Assembly (NCBI GenBank): GCA_051306005.1
Contig: JBPPMJ010000006.1
Location: 91,296-155,295, forward strand
From: Minisyncoccota bacterium
Lineage (GTDB): Bacteria > Patescibacteriota > Minisyncoccia > Moranbacterales > UBA1568
Length of the DNA: 64,000 nt
Direction of reading: 5' to 3'
Shown here piece by piece: positions 1 through 11,483 of this stretch. The notes under the pieces are model-generated. The model saw only the letters and a program-made list of their open reading frames with translations, did not search any database and had not been told where the DNA came from. The translations under genes were made by a program, and so were the position numbers. Numbering within the stretch: position 1 is the first letter of the stretch; every line of letters begins with the position of its first letter.

Positions 1-343
1 ATCCTGCATGAATGATGAATTAAAAAGCATTGGTCGAGCAGAGTTGTTACCTGGAGGAGTTGTTTTGACTGGTGGAGGAGCATTGTTACCAGGAGCGATA
101 GAATTAACTAAAAAAACTTTGCGCTTACCGGTGCAGATAGGATACCCGAAACCATTAGGAGGTATTTTGGATCAGGTAGACACCCCGCAATTTTCGACAG
201 TTATCGGATTATTGTTGTTGGCTCGGTCAAACCATGCGCATAACAATACTTTTACAACCGACAAGTCCTGGGGTATGGTATGGAAACTAGCTCAAAGAAT
301 AATAAAAAAAATACAACAGTGGTCCAAGCAATTTTTGCCATAA
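1..343 (+). CDS. ftsA: Cell division protein FtsA, 3' part (gene starts before the window)
   Basis: LPGGVVLTGGGALLPG actin-fold motif and PQFSTVIGLL; amphipathic C-terminal helix; directly upstream of ftsZ. Confidence 0.93.
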   Translation, partial: SCMNDELKSIGRAELLPGGVVLTGGGALLPGAIELTKKTLRLPVQIGYPKPLGGILDQVDTPQFSTVIGLLLLARSNHAHNNTFTTDKSWGMVWKLAQRIIKKIQQWSKQFLP

Positions 344-424
344 AAGAATGTATTGCCGACCTCTATAAAATAAAAAAATAATTCTTTTTTTGGCGAGATG
401 GTGTACCATTTCCATTTCGTCGTC

Positions 425-454
425 TTGACAGATTTTTTGAAATCATGGTAAAGT
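425..454 (+). promoter_or_regulatory. sigma70-type promoter for ftsZ
   Basis: TTGACA (425-430), 18-nt spacer ending TGG, TAAAGT (449-454); extended -10. Confidence 0.6.
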
Positions 455-526
455 TAAACATTAAGAAACAGGTTTATTTGAAGGAATAAGTGGCATATTT
501 TTAACCTACCTTAAGGGGATACATGT

Positions 527-1783
527 ATGGCAGAAATTAAACCTGATATCGATACATTTGCGAAGATAAAGGTTGTAGGTGTCGGAGGCTCTGGAAACAG
601 CGGTATTTCTCGCATGATTGATGCGAAGATTAAAGGTGTTGAATTTGTGGCAATCAATACGGATGCGCAGGCTTTGCACCATTCGAAAGCACAGGAAAAG
701 ATTCATATTGGTAAAAATTTGACTAAGGGTTTGGGCGCTGGGATGAATCCTGAAATTGGTCGACAGGCGGCGGAAGAGAATCGCGATGAAATTCAGGAAG
801 TGCTGAAAGGATCTGATATGGTGTTTGTGACATGTGGTCTTGGTGGGGGCACGGGATCGGGTGCTGCTCCTATCGTGGCGGAAACGGCCAAAGAGCTTGG
901 TGCGCTGACAGTTGGTGTGGTGACGAAACCCTTTGCTTTTGAGGGATCGCAACGTCGAGCCATTGCGGAAGAGGCGTTAGAGAATTTACGTGATCGTGTA
1001 GATACTTTGATTACCATTCCAAACGACAAGTTGTTGTCTATTATTGATCGCAAGATGAGTCTGGTCAATGCTTTTCGTATTGTGGATGATGTGTTACGTC
1101 AAGGTGTGCAAGGAATTTCGGACCTGATTACCAAGCCTGGTATCGTGAATGTTGACTTTGCTGATGTGCGTGCCATTATGGAGGACAGTGGAAGTGCGTT
1201 GATGGGTATTGGCATCGCGGCAGGTGACAATCGTGCCACCGAAGCAGCCAAGGCAGCTATCAACAGTCCATTGTTAGAACTTTCTATCGACGGTGCGAAG
1301 GGTGTACTCTTTAACATCGCTGGATCTAGTGATTTGACAATGTTAGAAATAAATGAAGCGGCCAGTATTATCACCGAAAATATTGACCCCAATGCCAAAG
1401 TTATTTTTGGCGCTGTCACTGATGATCAAATTCGTAAGGGAGAAATTCAGATTACTGTGGTAGCGACCGGTTTTGATACAGCACGGATCAAGGAACCGAC
1501 AGTGGGTTTGATTACTAACCGCGTTTCTTCATCTGTTTCAAAGCCTATGATGAAATCGCACTCTTCATCGCCTTCTGTTGCCGAAGAACGTCTCCATGGA
1601 GATGGTTCATCCAATGTTGATGACAGTATAGATTTTTCTACGCACAGGATTGATCGACCAATCATGATTATTGATGAGAAGATCCAGCCTCGTTCTGTCG
1701 TAAGTCGGACTGATACGAAAGATCTGATGGAGGATGATGATTTAGAAATTCCAGCCTTTATTCGGCGCAAAATGAAAAAATAA
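527..1783 (+). CDS. ftsZ: Cell division protein FtsZ
   Basis: GLGGGTGSG tubulin signature, NVDFAD T7 loop, C-terminal [10 protein letters not shown] peptide. Confidence 0.99.
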   Translation: MAEIKPDIDTFAKIKVVGVGGSGNSGISRMIDAKIKGVEFVAINTDAQALHHSKAQEKIHIGKNLTKGLGAGMNPEIGRQAAEENRDEIQEVLKGSDMVFVTCGLGGGTGSGAAPIVAETAKELGALTVGVVTKPFAFEGSQRRAIAEEALENLRDRVDTLITIPNDKLLSIIDRKMSLVNAFRIVDDVLRQGVQGISDLITKPGIVNVDFADVRAIMEDSGSALMGIGIAAGDNRATEAAKAAINSPLLELSIDGAKGVLFNIAGSSDLTMLEINEAASIITENIDPNAKVIFGAVTDDQIRKGEIQITVVATGFDTARIKEPTVGLITNRVSSSVSKPMMKSHSSSPSVAEERLHGDGSSNVDDSIDFSTHRIDRPIMIIDEKIQPRSVVSRTDTKDLMEDDDLEIPAFIRRKMKK

Positions 1784-1797
1784 GGATATACTGATGG

Positions 1798-1831
1798 GAA
1801 GCACCTCTCTTATGAGGGGTGTTTTTCTTTT
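1798..1831 (+). terminator. Rho-independent terminator after ftsZ
   Basis: gcacctctc-ttat-gaggggtgt stem followed by T-tract. Confidence 0.8.
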
Positions 1832-1917
1832 GCAAAGTATGGGAGCAGTGTATAATTATAAAAATGTTCTACAGTATTTGGATAAAGAAAAATAATTTTT
1901 TTGGTTGATGAAATAGT

Positions 1918-2364
1918 ATGCGCTGTCCTTTTTGCAATTTTGAAGATACGAAGGTGGTAGATTCGCGTGACACTCACGAAGGACGGGCTATACGTCGTCG
2001 GCGTGAGTGTGAGCAATGTCAGGCACGTTTCAGTACATATGAGGAAGTAGAAATCTTTCGTTTGCTGATTGTAAAAAAAGATGGACGGAAAGAAGAATAT
2101 GATCGAAGGAAAATTGAAAAAGGACTCAGAAGAGCTTTTGAAAAACGCCCCTTAGCGGAAGAGAAAATCGAGAAATTATTGGGAGAAATTGAGTATACCT
2201 TACATGAAAAGCGAGTGAATGAAATAGCTAGTCGTGAAATTGGTAAATGCATTATGGAAAAGCTGAAGGAAACTGACCAAGTGGCATATATTCGTTTTGC
2301 GAGTGTTTATAAATCTTTCGGGAGCGTTAAGAGTTTCAGAAAGGTCCTAGACACATTGGAATGA
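1918..2364 (+). CDS. nrdR: Transcriptional repressor NrdR
   Basis: MRCPFC...RRRRECEQC Zn ribbon, ATP-cone, AYIRFASVY. Confidence 0.98.
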   Translation: MRCPFCNFEDTKVVDSRDTHEGRAIRRRRECEQCQARFSTYEEVEIFRLLIVKKDGRKEEYDRRKIEKGLRRAFEKRPLAEEKIEKLLGEIEYTLHEKRVNEIASREIGKCIMEKLKETDQVAYIRFASVYKSFGSVKSFRKVLDTLE

Positions 2365-2368
2365 TGCT

Positions 2369-3838
2369 TTGATGAATCGCACTATGCCGAAAGACCGTCT
2401 ATTATTGATGCTGTGTTTGGCGTATACTGGCGGCATTTTTTTAGGTTCTTTTTTTCCAATCGTATGGTGGTATGTTCTTCTGGCAAGTGCCAGTAGCTGT
2501 GGTTTTATAGTTGTTTTTTTTCCGAGATATTTGCTATTTTTCCTGTTATCAATGTTTGTGTTTTGGGGTGGTATCTTTTCTGTTTCTTTGGCACTGAATA
2601 AGGGTGAAACAATGTCCATTGATATGAATCAGAAGGTGTCTGGTATGGCTCGTGTGGTAGAGGAACCGGAAACGCGATCGCGTTATCAACAGGTGATCAT
2701 ACGGATGTATGCCTGTGATACCCATTCTTGTCCCGATGCCAAAATACTTTGGCAAGCACCATTAACCAAACCTTTTTCTTTTGGTTCTCGTATACAATTT
2801 TCTTGTCTTCTAAAAACGCCAAAAAATTTTGACACTTCTTTTGATTATCGAATGTTCTTGGCGAAAGATGATATATATTTTATTTGTGAACAAGCTTTGA
2901 CACAAGTGGTGCTACCAAATGATATGCGTGCCTCAATGGCTCAGTGGCTCATGATACCAAAACATGCTTTTGAGAAAGCAATTATAAAAAGTGTGCCACA
3001 ACCAGAAGGTGGATTGGCACTCGGTCTTCTGTTGGGCGGGGAACATCGTTTATCCGAAGCCGATCAACAAATTTTTCGACAGGCAGGTCTCTCGCACATC
3101 ACGGCTATTTCTGGATACAATATCGCCCTTATTGGACAACTGTTTCTTCTCTGTGGTCTGAATATTGGTTTATGGCGCAAACAGGCAATCTGGCTTTCCG
3201 CACTAGGTATCATTTTGTTTATTTGCTTGGTAGGCGCCCCAGCTTCAGCAGTAAGAGCTGGTATTATGGCACTTACCGTTTTTATTGGTTTTCTTTTTGG
3301 ACGTTTGACGTTTTCGATCAATGCTTTGATAGTAGCGGGAGTGGCGATGCTTGTGTTTCAGCCACTGTTATTGCGTTATGATATAGGTTTCCAACTCTCT
3401 TTTTTGGCAACACTGGCCATCATTCTTGTTTTGCCATTCAAGGAAAAGTGGTTGACTGGCGATTTTTTTGGAAAAAGCATAGTGGAAATTTTTTGGTTGA
3501 CCTTGGCCGTAGAAATATTAGTCACGCCGATTATTCTGTATCATTTTCATACCTTTGCACCATTTTCTTTGTTAGCCAATACGCTGTTGTTGCCACTTGT
3601 GCCCTATGCGATGGCCAGTACGTTTCTTACAGGAGCCACCTTTCTTTTGTTGCCTGGATTGCATATGATGCCAGCGATGATAGCGTATGGTTTTTTACGT
3701 GGCATCATGTTTGTAGCTGAACAAATCAGCCTGTTTGATTACGCAACGATTACATTGACACTACATCCGAGTGTGTTGTTTTTCTGGTATGGAACCATTT
3801 TTTTTGTTATCGTAATGATAAAACATTGGGAAAAATAA
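2369..3838 (+). CDS. comEC: ComEC/Rec2 competence protein, membrane channel part
   Basis: GLSHITAISGYN, SAVRAGIM, GFQLSFLAT motifs; many TM segments. Confidence 0.92.
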   Translation: MMNRTMPKDRLLLMLCLAYTGGIFLGSFFPIVWWYVLLASASSCGFIVVFFPRYLLFFLLSMFVFWGGIFSVSLALNKGETMSIDMNQKVSGMARVVEEPETRSRYQQVIIRMYACDTHSCPDAKILWQAPLTKPFSFGSRIQFSCLLKTPKNFDTSFDYRMFLAKDDIYFICEQALTQVVLPNDMRASMAQWLMIPKHAFEKAIIKSVPQPEGGLALGLLLGGEHRLSEADQQIFRQAGLSHITAISGYNIALIGQLFLLCGLNIGLWRKQAIWLSALGIILFICLVGAPASAVRAGIMALTVFIGFLFGRLTFSINALIVAGVAMLVFQPLLLRYDIGFQLSFLATLAIILVLPFKEKWLTGDFFGKSIVEIFWLTLAVEILVTPIILYHFHTFAPFSLLANTLLLPLVPYAMASTFLTGATFLLLPGLHMMPAMIAYGFLRGIMFVAEQISLFDYATITLTLHPSVLFFWYGTIFFVIVMIKHWEK

Positions 3839-3842
3839 AGAT

Positions 3843-4691
3843 ATGATACGATACAAATTGCTTTGGTATTTTCTGATGGGTGTATCTTTGGCAATGTTAT
3901 TACTCTATTGTGTGTTGTGGTGGCAAAAATATCAGCACATGACCACTATCACTTTTCTGAATGTAGGGTCTGGTGATGCTATTTTGATTTCTCAGGGAAT
4001 GAATCAGGTACTGATAGATAGTGGACGAAATGGCAATGATGTTTTAGCGCAATTGGGACGCCAAATTCCTTTTTGGGATAGAACAATAGAGGTGTTGATA
4101 GCGACACATCCGGATGCGGATCATATCGGCGGTTTCGCCTCAGTTATTGAAGCATACTCCATACCATTCTTTTTGTTTACTGGATCAGAAAGTGATACGG
4201 AAACATCGCTTCTATTACAACAAATGTTGGAGAAGTACCATGTACAAAAGAAAAAAGTGTTTCGTGGAACGACGATACGTTTTCCTGTCGGGGGAGAACT
4301 AGTGGTGGAGTATCCCTTGACCGAACTACCAGCTATCATACCAGAAACAAATATGGGGAGCATCGTTAGTCGTTTTGTTTTTAGGGAAACTGATATTTTA
4401 TTGACTGGAGATTTGGCCAGAGAGGAGACGGTATTGCCAGATATTGCCTCCGCCGATATTTTGAAGATAGCACATCATGGCTCAAAATACTCAACAAGTG
4501 ATATCTTTTTGGAACGTGTCCGACCGTATGAAGCCATCATTTCAGTCGGTAAAAATAATTATGGTCATCCAAGTCCAGATGTGATAGAACGTTTAATACG
4601 GCACAATATTCTTATTCGTCGTACCGATCTTATGGGCAGTATCCGATATCGTTGTACAGAGGCTATTGGAGGCTGTGTTATCGATGAATGA
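3843..4691 (+). CDS. ComEC-type metallo-beta-lactamase-fold nuclease (separate gene)
   Basis: THPDADHIGG, LTGD, HHGSK, NNYGHP motifs; N-terminal TM anchor; follows comEC. Confidence 0.9.
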   Translation: MIRYKLLWYFLMGVSLAMLLLYCVLWWQKYQHMTTITFLNVGSGDAILISQGMNQVLIDSGRNGNDVLAQLGRQIPFWDRTIEVLIATHPDADHIGGFASVIEAYSIPFFLFTGSESDTETSLLLQQMLEKYHVQKKKVFRGTTIRFPVGGELVVEYPLTELPAIIPETNMGSIVSRFVFRETDILLTGDLAREETVLPDIASADILKIAHHGSKYSTSDIFLERVRPYEAIISVGKNNYGHPSPDVIERLIRHNILIRRTDLMGSIRYRCTEAIGGCVIDE

Positions 4692-4775
4692 TTTTCCAGT
4701 GATAGCATATCTACAAGCTGTGGTATAGGAAGTTAATTTGAAAGAGTGCCAGATGTGGCGGACGGGTACAATAAC

Positions 4776-4804
4776 TTGCCATTTCATTTTTTTTGTGTTA
4801 TACT
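4776..4804 (+). promoter_or_regulatory. sigma70-type promoter for ndk
   Basis: TTGCCA-17 nt-TATACT with TG extension. Confidence 0.65.
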
Positions 4805-4841
4805 CCATCTTGGAAGATTAACCGTGTAAAGTGTATTTTTT

Positions 4842-5447
4842 ATGTCAGAACATCCCAAGAAGGAGCGTTCATTGGTCATTATTAAACCAGACGGCGTGCA
4901 ACGCGCATTGATAGGGGATATTATTACCCGTTTCGAACGTACGGGATTGAAGTTTATCGCCATGAAGTTATTACTTTCCAAACCTGAACAGTGTTGGGCA
5001 CATTACAATAAGGATGAAGAATGGTTTCTCAAAAAAGGTGCTCGTATTGTGGAAGATCGCAAAACTCATGGTATGCCTATTGAAAAAGAGGTCATCGAAT
5101 ATGGCAAGGACATTATTCAAGCCAATGTAGACTTTTTCACTTCTGGACCTGCTCTAGCGTTCGTCATTGAAGGTAATCAATCTGTGTCCATCATTAAAAA
5201 AATTGTGGGTGGTACGGAACCTACTACATCTGATGTCGGAACTATCCGTGGTGATTTAACTGTCGATTCTTATGCGCTTTCCAGTTTGGATAATCGCGCT
5301 GTCCGTAATCTGGTGCACTGTTCTGACAGTCCGGAGGAGGCAGAACGGGAAATTCCTATTTGGTTTACTCCCGAGGAACTTATCGATTATCGTCTGGTAG
5401 GGGAGCAAATTCTCTATGATGTCAATCTTGATGGCATTTTGGAGTAG
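4842..5447 (+). CDS. ndk: Nucleoside-diphosphate kinase with internal insertion
   Basis: IIKPDGVQR, GTIRGD, RNLVHCSDS (phospho-His). Confidence 0.96.
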   Translation: MSEHPKKERSLVIIKPDGVQRALIGDIITRFERTGLKFIAMKLLLSKPEQCWAHYNKDEEWFLKKGARIVEDRKTHGMPIEKEVIEYGKDIIQANVDFFTSGPALAFVIEGNQSVSIIKKIVGGTEPTTSDVGTIRGDLTVDSYALSSLDNRAVRNLVHCSDSPEEAEREIPIWFTPEELIDYRLVGEQILYDVNLDGILE

Positions 5448-5485
5448 GGCACAGGGCTAGAAGAGAGCTCATGGAGTTGAATTGA

Positions 5486-5518
5486 AAAAAACACCATCTT
5501 TTTAAAATGGTGTTTTTT
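5486..5518. terminator. Bidirectional terminator between ndk and rpmB
   Basis: aaaaaacaccat / atggtgtttttt 12-bp inverted repeat between convergent genes. Confidence 0.8.
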
Positions 5519-5533
5519 CTTTTAATAGGCCTT

Positions 5534-5707
5534 TTAATGTGCTTTTGTCAGAGTGCGAATAGCGCGCGTAGAAAGACGTAGTTTCATGCCATCAATACGT
5601 TTGGTTTGCAAATTGATTTTGAAAGTACGTCGCGTCGCAATATTAGAATGACTGCGAGAATTGCCTGATGCGGTTTTCCTTCCAGTGAGTTGGCAGATAC
5701 GACTCAT
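5534..5707 (-). CDS. rpmB: 50S ribosomal protein L28 (57 aa, not in ORF track)
   Basis: Manual translation [57 protein letters not shown]. Confidence 0.96.
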   Translation of the reverse strand: MSRICQLTGRKTASGNSRSHSNIATRRTFKINLQTKRIDGMKLRLSTRAIRTLTKAH

Positions 5708-5841
5708 AATATTCCTCTTGAACAGTTACAGAAATGAGAGTATCATACATGTATTATTCTGGCAAGTGATTTACTGTGAGAACATCGTGGAAACTATAGA
5801 GAATAGTTGCTCTGTGGGCGTATCCTTTAATTTATGAATTT

Positions 5842-6564
5842 ATGACAAATGAAATCGTGCTCATCAGTTTTTATCTCTTGACCCTGATTTACTCGGTCAT
5901 TATCCATGAAGTATCGCATGGAGTGGTAGCTTTGTGGCTTGGTGATATGACTGCCAAATATGCGGATCGTATCAATCTTAATCCTCTCAAGCACATCGAT
6001 CCTTTTGGTTCTGTGATTTTACCGATATTACTTATGGTGAGTACGGGATTTGCTTTGGGTTGGGCGAAGCCGGTGCCGTACAATCCTTATAATCTCCGTA
6101 ATCAAAAATGGGGTCCCGTATTGGTTGCCTTAGCTGGTCCAATATCAAATTTTCTTCTCGCTTTTTTGGCGGCTTGTTTTGCTAAAATTTTACCACTGAC
6201 TCTTTTGGCCAAAACGGATATTTTAACACGTTTTATTGGGGTTATCGATGGACGAGGAGATTTTATTGAACGCTTCGGGTTTTTTGCTGAGGCCCTTTCA
6301 GGATCCTTGGCTGGGATTTTTTTTGGACTTCTTCTTTTGGTCATTTTTTGGAACGTGGTGTTAGGGTGTTTCAATCTAGTACCTGTACCACCGCTTGATG
6401 GTTCCAAATTACTCTATGCCTTGATACCACTTCGCGAACGGACCATCTTTTTGTTAGAACAATATGGTCTTTTTCTCTTGTTATTTGTCATTTTATTTCT
6501 GTCTGGTCCGATTAGCTTCTTCATAAGCACTGTTTTGAATTGGTTCTTGTCTTTTACACTTTGA
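5842..6564 (+). CDS. Site-2 protease (peptidase M50)
   Basis: HEVSH zinc motif, AGP, NLVPVPPLDG; multiple TM helices. Confidence 0.93.
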   Translation: MTNEIVLISFYLLTLIYSVIIHEVSHGVVALWLGDMTAKYADRINLNPLKHIDPFGSVILPILLMVSTGFALGWAKPVPYNPYNLRNQKWGPVLVALAGPISNFLLAFLAACFAKILPLTLLAKTDILTRFIGVIDGRGDFIERFGFFAEALSGSLAGIFFGLLLLVIFWNVVLGCFNLVPVPPLDGSKLLYALIPLRERTIFLLEQYGLFLLLFVILFLSGPISFFISTVLNWFLSFTL

Positions 6565-6628
6565 AAACCTTGAGATGAGACATTTTCCGTATTTCGGTGA
6601 TGACCGTTACAAAACAATGACTGTACTG

Positions 6629-6656
6629 TTGACAAGAATAAGGTTTTTCGTATAGT
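6629..6656 (+). promoter_or_regulatory. Promoter of the str operon
   Basis: TTGACA-16 nt-TATAGT upstream of rpsL. Confidence 0.7.
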
Positions 6657-6752
6657 ATGGATAAGTATTGAAAAGCCGATGGCTTTTTTGTTTGTCTTTA
6701 TCCAAGAAAGATCATATTCTTCAGTATTTAAATAGTTGACTGTTCAATCCAC

Positions 6753-7169
6753 GTGACTACTATCAACCAGCTTATCAAGCGTCCACGGACACTGTCCGTC
6801 AAAAAATCGAAGTCACCAGCCATGACTTATTCGATTAACAGCATCAAGAATCGTAATACTATACATGATAGCCCTTTTAAGCGTGGAGTATGTCTCAAAG
6901 TATCCACGACGACTCCCAAGAAACCAAACTCCGCTTTGCGGAAAATCGCCCGTGTGCGTTTGACAAACGGTATGGAAGTAACAGCTTACATTGGGGGTGA
7001 AGGGCACAATCTCCAGGAACACTCTATTGTCATGATTCGTGGTGGTCGTGTAAAGGACCTCCCTGGCGTGCGCTATCACATTGTGCGTGGGACATTTGAT
7101 GCGGCTGGTGTTAATCGAAAACAGAGTCGTTCCAAATACGGTATGAAAAAAGAAAAAAAGAAGGGATAG
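6753..7169 (+). CDS. rpsL: 30S ribosomal protein S12 (GTG start)
   Basis: [22 protein letters not shown]. Confidence 0.99.
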   Translation: MTTINQLIKRPRTLSVKKSKSPAMTYSINSIKNRNTIHDSPFKRGVCLKVSTTTPKKPNSALRKIARVRLTNGMEVTAYIGGEGHNLQEHSIVMIRGGRVKDLPGVRYHIVRGTFDAAGVNRKQSRSKYGMKKEKKKG

Positions 7170-7226
7170 TTTTTTTCTCAGAGTACATCGTTTTTATTAA
7201 TTTCTCGTAAGTTGAAAGTATAGAGT

Positions 7227-7694
7227 ATGCCACGAAGAAAGCGCACATTTACCCGTACATGGAAGCCTGATACTTTGCATGACAATATTCTTGTTGGACA
7301 TTTTGTCGGGATGATCATGTGGGATGGCAAGAAAAGCGTTGCTGAACGTTTGATATATGATGCTTTTGAGATTATTCATGAACGCACCAAAAAGGGTGGT
7401 TTGAATACGTTCGAGCAGGCTATCAAGAATGTTTCACCACTTTTGCAATTGAAGTCTCGTCGTGTCGGTGGAGCCAATTATCAGGTACCAGTGCCAGTTT
7501 CTGGTGAACGTCGTCAGGTATTGGCAATGCGTTGGATTCGTGATGCTTGCCGTAAGCGTAAAGGTAAAGGCATGGCGGAAAAATTGGCGGATGAATTGCT
7601 GGATGCTTCCAACAAAACAGGTGCTGCTATGAAGAAACGTGATGAGACACATCGTATGGCCGAAGCTAACAAAGCATTCGCTCATTTCGCATAA
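7227..7694 (+). CDS. rpsG: 30S ribosomal protein S7
   Basis: SRRVGGANYQVP, MAEANKAFAHF. Confidence 0.99.
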   Translation: MPRRKRTFTRTWKPDTLHDNILVGHFVGMIMWDGKKSVAERLIYDAFEIIHERTKKGGLNTFEQAIKNVSPLLQLKSRRVGGANYQVPVPVSGERRQVLAMRWIRDACRKRKGKGMAEKLADELLDASNKTGAAMKKRDETHRMAEANKAFAHFA

Positions 7695-7833
7695 CCATGG
7701 ATTTTACATAGGCACCAAAAAGATTCTAGCATTTTTTAGAGGCACTTTTATCGCAATGGTTATCATTGCATTTCACTAAAAAATTCCCTAGAAAATTTCT
7801 TCCATTTCATTTTTTATTTCTTTTTATATAATT

Positions 7834-9939
7834 ATGATGCGCAAGACTCCTATCGATAAGTATCGCAATATCGGTATTATCGCTCATATTGATGCTGGCA
7901 AGACAACCACGACTGAGCGTATTTTGTTTTATACTGGTATTACACATAAGATTGGTGAGGTGCACGAGGGAGCGGCGACAATGGACTGGATGGAGCAGGA
8001 ACAGGAGCGTGGTATCACCATTACTTCTGCTGCCACCACGTGTTTCTGGAAAGGGTACCATATCAATATCATCGATACGCCGGGGCACGTTGATTTTACT
8101 GTAGAGGTGGAGCGTTCTTTGCGTGTGCTTGATGGGGGAGTCGTCGTATTTGATGGTAAGGAAGGTGTAGAACCGCAATCCGAAACTGTGTGGCGTCAAG
8201 CAGAAAAATACAAAGTTCCTCGTATGTGCTTTATCAACAAAATTGATAAAGAGGGAGCGATTTTTGAAGAAGCCCTAGAATCTATTTGGAATCGTTTGAC
8301 TCCGCATGCGGTGGCTATACAATACCCACTTGGTTTACGAGGAGATTTTTATGGTCTCGTTGATTTAATGACGATGAAGGCTTATACGTTTGAAGGGAAC
8401 ATGGGTGAAAAGGTGGTTGAAGGAGAAATTCCTGCGGAATACCTCAATAAGGCCAAGGAATGGCGAGAAAAAATGGTAGAAAAAATTTCTGAAACGGATG
8501 ATGTTCTTACGGAAAAATATTTGAACGGCGAAGTTATTTCTGTTAATGAATTGAAGAAAGCGTTACGTCAGGCAACAATTGACGTACGTCTACACCCTGT
8601 GTTTACCGGTACCGCTCTGCGTAACAAGGGAGTGCAATTGATGCTTGATGCGGTAGTGGATTACTTGCCATCGCCTATTGATATTCCTCCGGTCACTGGT
8701 ATTAATATGCAAACTGATGTCGAAGAGATTCGTGAAACTAGAGATGACGCCCCTTTTTCCGCATTGGCATTCAAGATTGCAACAGATCCCTTTGTGGGAC
8801 AATTGACTTTTTTTCGAGTGTATTCTGGTACTGTGAAGGCTGGATCGTATGTACTCAATGCTACCAAAAATGAGAAGGAACGTATTGGACGTATTTTGCG
8901 TATGCATGCCAATCATCGTGAAGAGATTGATGAATTATCCGCTGGTGATATCGGAGCATTGGTTGGAATGAAGGTTACGACGACGGGAAATACTTTGTGT
9001 GATGCTGAGCATCCAATTATTTTGGAGGCAATCACATTTCCAGAACCAGTGATTGATATCGCGATTGAACCAAAGACTAAAGCAGATCAAGAAAAAATGG
9101 GTATCGCCTTGAAGAAGCTTTTGGAAGAAGACCCGACTTTTCGAGTACATACTGATGAAGAGACAGCGCAGACTATTATGTCTGGCATGGGAGAATTGCA
9201 TCTTGATATTCTCGTGGATCGGATGAAACGTGAATTCAAAGTCGAGGTCAATGTTGGACGACCACAAGTGGCTTATCGAGAAACAATCCGTATGAAAGCG
9301 GAAGCTGAAGGAAAGTATATTCGTCAGTCTGGCGGACGCGGACAGTACGGCCATTGTTGGATCCGTGTTGAGCCACAGACAGAATCTGGTCAAGGGTATG
9401 AATTTGTCAGTGAAATCAAGGGTGGCGCGATTCCACAGGAATTCATTAAACCGATTGATAAAGGTATTCAAGAAGCAATGCAGACGGGCGTCCTGGCTGG
9501 ATACCCGATGGTAGATTTGAAAGCAACGGTCTACGATGGTTCCTATCATGATGTGGATTCTTCCGAAGCCGCATTTCGTATCGCTGGATCCATGGCGTTT
9601 AAGGAAGCTTGTCGTAAAGGAAAGCCTGTGCTATTGGAACCTATCATGAAAGTTGTTGTGATTACTCCAGAACAATTCATGGGAGATATTGTGGGTGATC
9701 TGTCTGCGAAACGTGGAGTGATCAAAGAAATGAACGCACGCGGTGAAGGTGCCGCACAGGTGAAAGAGATTCATGCAGAAGTTCCACTGTCTTCAATGTT
9801 CGGTTATGCCACACAGATGCGTTCTATGTCACAAGGTAGAGCGAGTTACTCTATGGAATTTGGACATTATGCTGAAGTGCCCAACAATGTTTCCAATGAG
9901 ATTATTGGCGCCCGTTCTGGAGGCAATGAAAATAAATAA
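7834..9939 (+). CDS. fusA: Elongation factor G
   Basis: [34 protein letters not shown]. Confidence 0.99.
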   Translation: MMRKTPIDKYRNIGIIAHIDAGKTTTTERILFYTGITHKIGEVHEGAATMDWMEQEQERGITITSAATTCFWKGYHINIIDTPGHVDFTVEVERSLRVLDGGVVVFDGKEGVEPQSETVWRQAEKYKVPRMCFINKIDKEGAIFEEALESIWNRLTPHAVAIQYPLGLRGDFYGLVDLMTMKAYTFEGNMGEKVVEGEIPAEYLNKAKEWREKMVEKISETDDVLTEKYLNGEVISVNELKKALRQATIDVRLHPVFTGTALRNKGVQLMLDAVVDYLPSPIDIPPVTGINMQTDVEEIRETRDDAPFSALAFKIATDPFVGQLTFFRVYSGTVKAGSYVLNATKNEKERIGRILRMHANHREEIDELSAGDIGALVGMKVTTTGNTLCDAEHPIILEAITFPEPVIDIAIEPKTKADQEKMGIALKKLLEEDPTFRVHTDEETAQTIMSGMGELHLDILVDRMKREFKVEVNVGRPQVAYRETIRMKAEAEGKYIRQSGGRGQYGHCWIRVEPQTESGQGYEFVSEIKGGAIPQEFIKPIDKGIQEAMQTGVLAGYPMVDLKATVYDGSYHDVDSSEAAFRIAGSMAFKEACRKGKPVLLEPIMKVVVITPEQFMGDIVGDLSAKRGVIKEMNARGEGAAQVKEIHAEVPLSSMFGYATQMRSMSQGRASYSMEFGHYAEVPNNVSNEIIGARSGGNENK

Positions 9940-9973
9940 AAAAGCAATTTCAAAAGAGAAAAATGGAAAATGC

Positions 9974-10002
9974 TTGACAAGAATACGGGAGATTGTTATC
10001 AT
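9974..10002 (+). promoter_or_regulatory. Internal promoter for tuf
   Basis: TTGACA-17 nt-TATCAT with TG extension. Confidence 0.7.
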
Positions 10003-10165
10003 GACGAATGACGCTTTCTTCCAAGCTTTTTCTTTTTTATAAAAGAAAAATGATAGTGGAGTAAGAAGAAAAAAAATCACATTTTCATAGAGTAATAATT
10101 ATTGTCAGAGAACGTGAACACTGCGTATATAATGCAGGTTATACGGGATCACGCGATACAAAGTT

Positions 10166-11356
10166 ATGGCAGAGCAATTTCAACGCAATAAACCACACGC
10201 AAACGTCGGAACCATTGGTCACGTTGATCATGGAAAGACGACGTTGACAGCCGCTATTCTGCACGTCCAAAGCTTGCAGGGTTTTGCAAAAGAAAAAAGT
10301 ATTGATGAAATCGACAAAGCGCCCGAAGAGCGTGAGCGCGGTATCACGATTGCGACTGCTCATTGTGAATATGAAACAGAGGCTCGTCACTACGCACATG
10401 TCGACTGTCCTGGTCACGCTGATTACATCAAAAACATGATTACCGGCGCTGCTCAGATGGATGGTGCTATCTTGGTTGTTTCCGCAACTGATGGTCCGAT
10501 GCCTCAGACTCGTGAGCATATTCTCTTGGCTCGTCAAGTGGGTGTACCAGCTATCGTGGTCTTTTTAAACAAGGTGGACATGGTGGATGACGCAGAATTG
10601 GTGGACCTTGTGGAAGCTGAGGTGCGTGAATTATTGACAAAATATGAATTTGATGGCGATAAAGCTGTTGTCGTTCGTGGAAGCGCTTTGAAGGCCCTTA
10701 ATGCCAAGACGACTGATGAAGCTGATGCCAAGCCGATTTTAGATTTAATGAAGGCTTTAGACGAAAACATTCCGCAGCCAATTCGTGATTTGGACAAGCC
10801 ATTTTTGTTACCTATCGAAGACATTTTCTCCATTGAAGGTCGTGGCACGGTTGTGACTGGTCGCATTGAACGTGGTGTTATCAATTTGAACGACGAAGTG
10901 GAAATTGTCGGTATTCGCGACACAGCCAAAACGGTAGTCACTGGTATCGAAATGTTCAACAAATCTCTGAATCGCGGAGAGTGTGGTGATAATGCTGGAA
11001 TTTTGATTCGTGGTATCAAAAAAGAAGACGTGGAGCGTGGTCAGGTGCTGGCAAAACCGGGTTCCATTACCCCTCACACTGAGTTTGATGGAGAAGTATA
11101 CGTACTCTCCAAAGAAGAAGGTGGTCGCCATACTCCATTTTTCAAAGGCTATAAGCCACAGTTTTATATTCGTACAACTGACGTGACGGGTGAAGTGGAA
11201 TTGCCTGAAGGAACGGAAATGGTTATGCCTGGTGATACAGTGAAATTGAAGATCAAGTTGCTGGCACCAGTTGCTATGGAAGATGGTATGCGCTTTGCAA
11301 TTCGTGAAGGTGGGCGTACGGTTGGTGCCGGTGTTGTGACGAAAATTTTGAAGTAA
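10166..11356 (+). CDS. tuf: Elongation factor Tu
   Basis: [31 protein letters not shown]. Confidence 0.99.
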   Translation: MAEQFQRNKPHANVGTIGHVDHGKTTLTAAILHVQSLQGFAKEKSIDEIDKAPEERERGITIATAHCEYETEARHYAHVDCPGHADYIKNMITGAAQMDGAILVVSATDGPMPQTREHILLARQVGVPAIVVFLNKVDMVDDAELVDLVEAEVRELLTKYEFDGDKAVVVRGSALKALNAKTTDEADAKPILDLMKALDENIPQPIRDLDKPFLLPIEDIFSIEGRGTVVTGRIERGVINLNDEVEIVGIRDTAKTVVTGIEMFNKSLNRGECGDNAGILIRGIKKEDVERGQVLAKPGSITPHTEFDGEVYVLSKEEGGRHTPFFKGYKPQFYIRTTDVTGEVELPEGTEMVMPGDTVKLKIKLLAPVAMEDGMRFAIREGGRTVGAGVVTKILK

Positions 11357-11483
11357 CAATCCTTTCAAAAAACGATTGTTCAGTGGATGTCAAGAAAGTT
11401 TTGTGGGAAAAATATAAAGAAATATACTATTCCCACAACTGCCTTCTGGACAAGAGAAAAAATTTATAGTAGAATAAAGTGCA

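Noticed and set aside
2369-4691. Split comEC as a possible frameshifted pseudogene
   Set aside because: Second ORF has its own ATG and TM anchor; separate ComEC and MBL genes are a known arrangement
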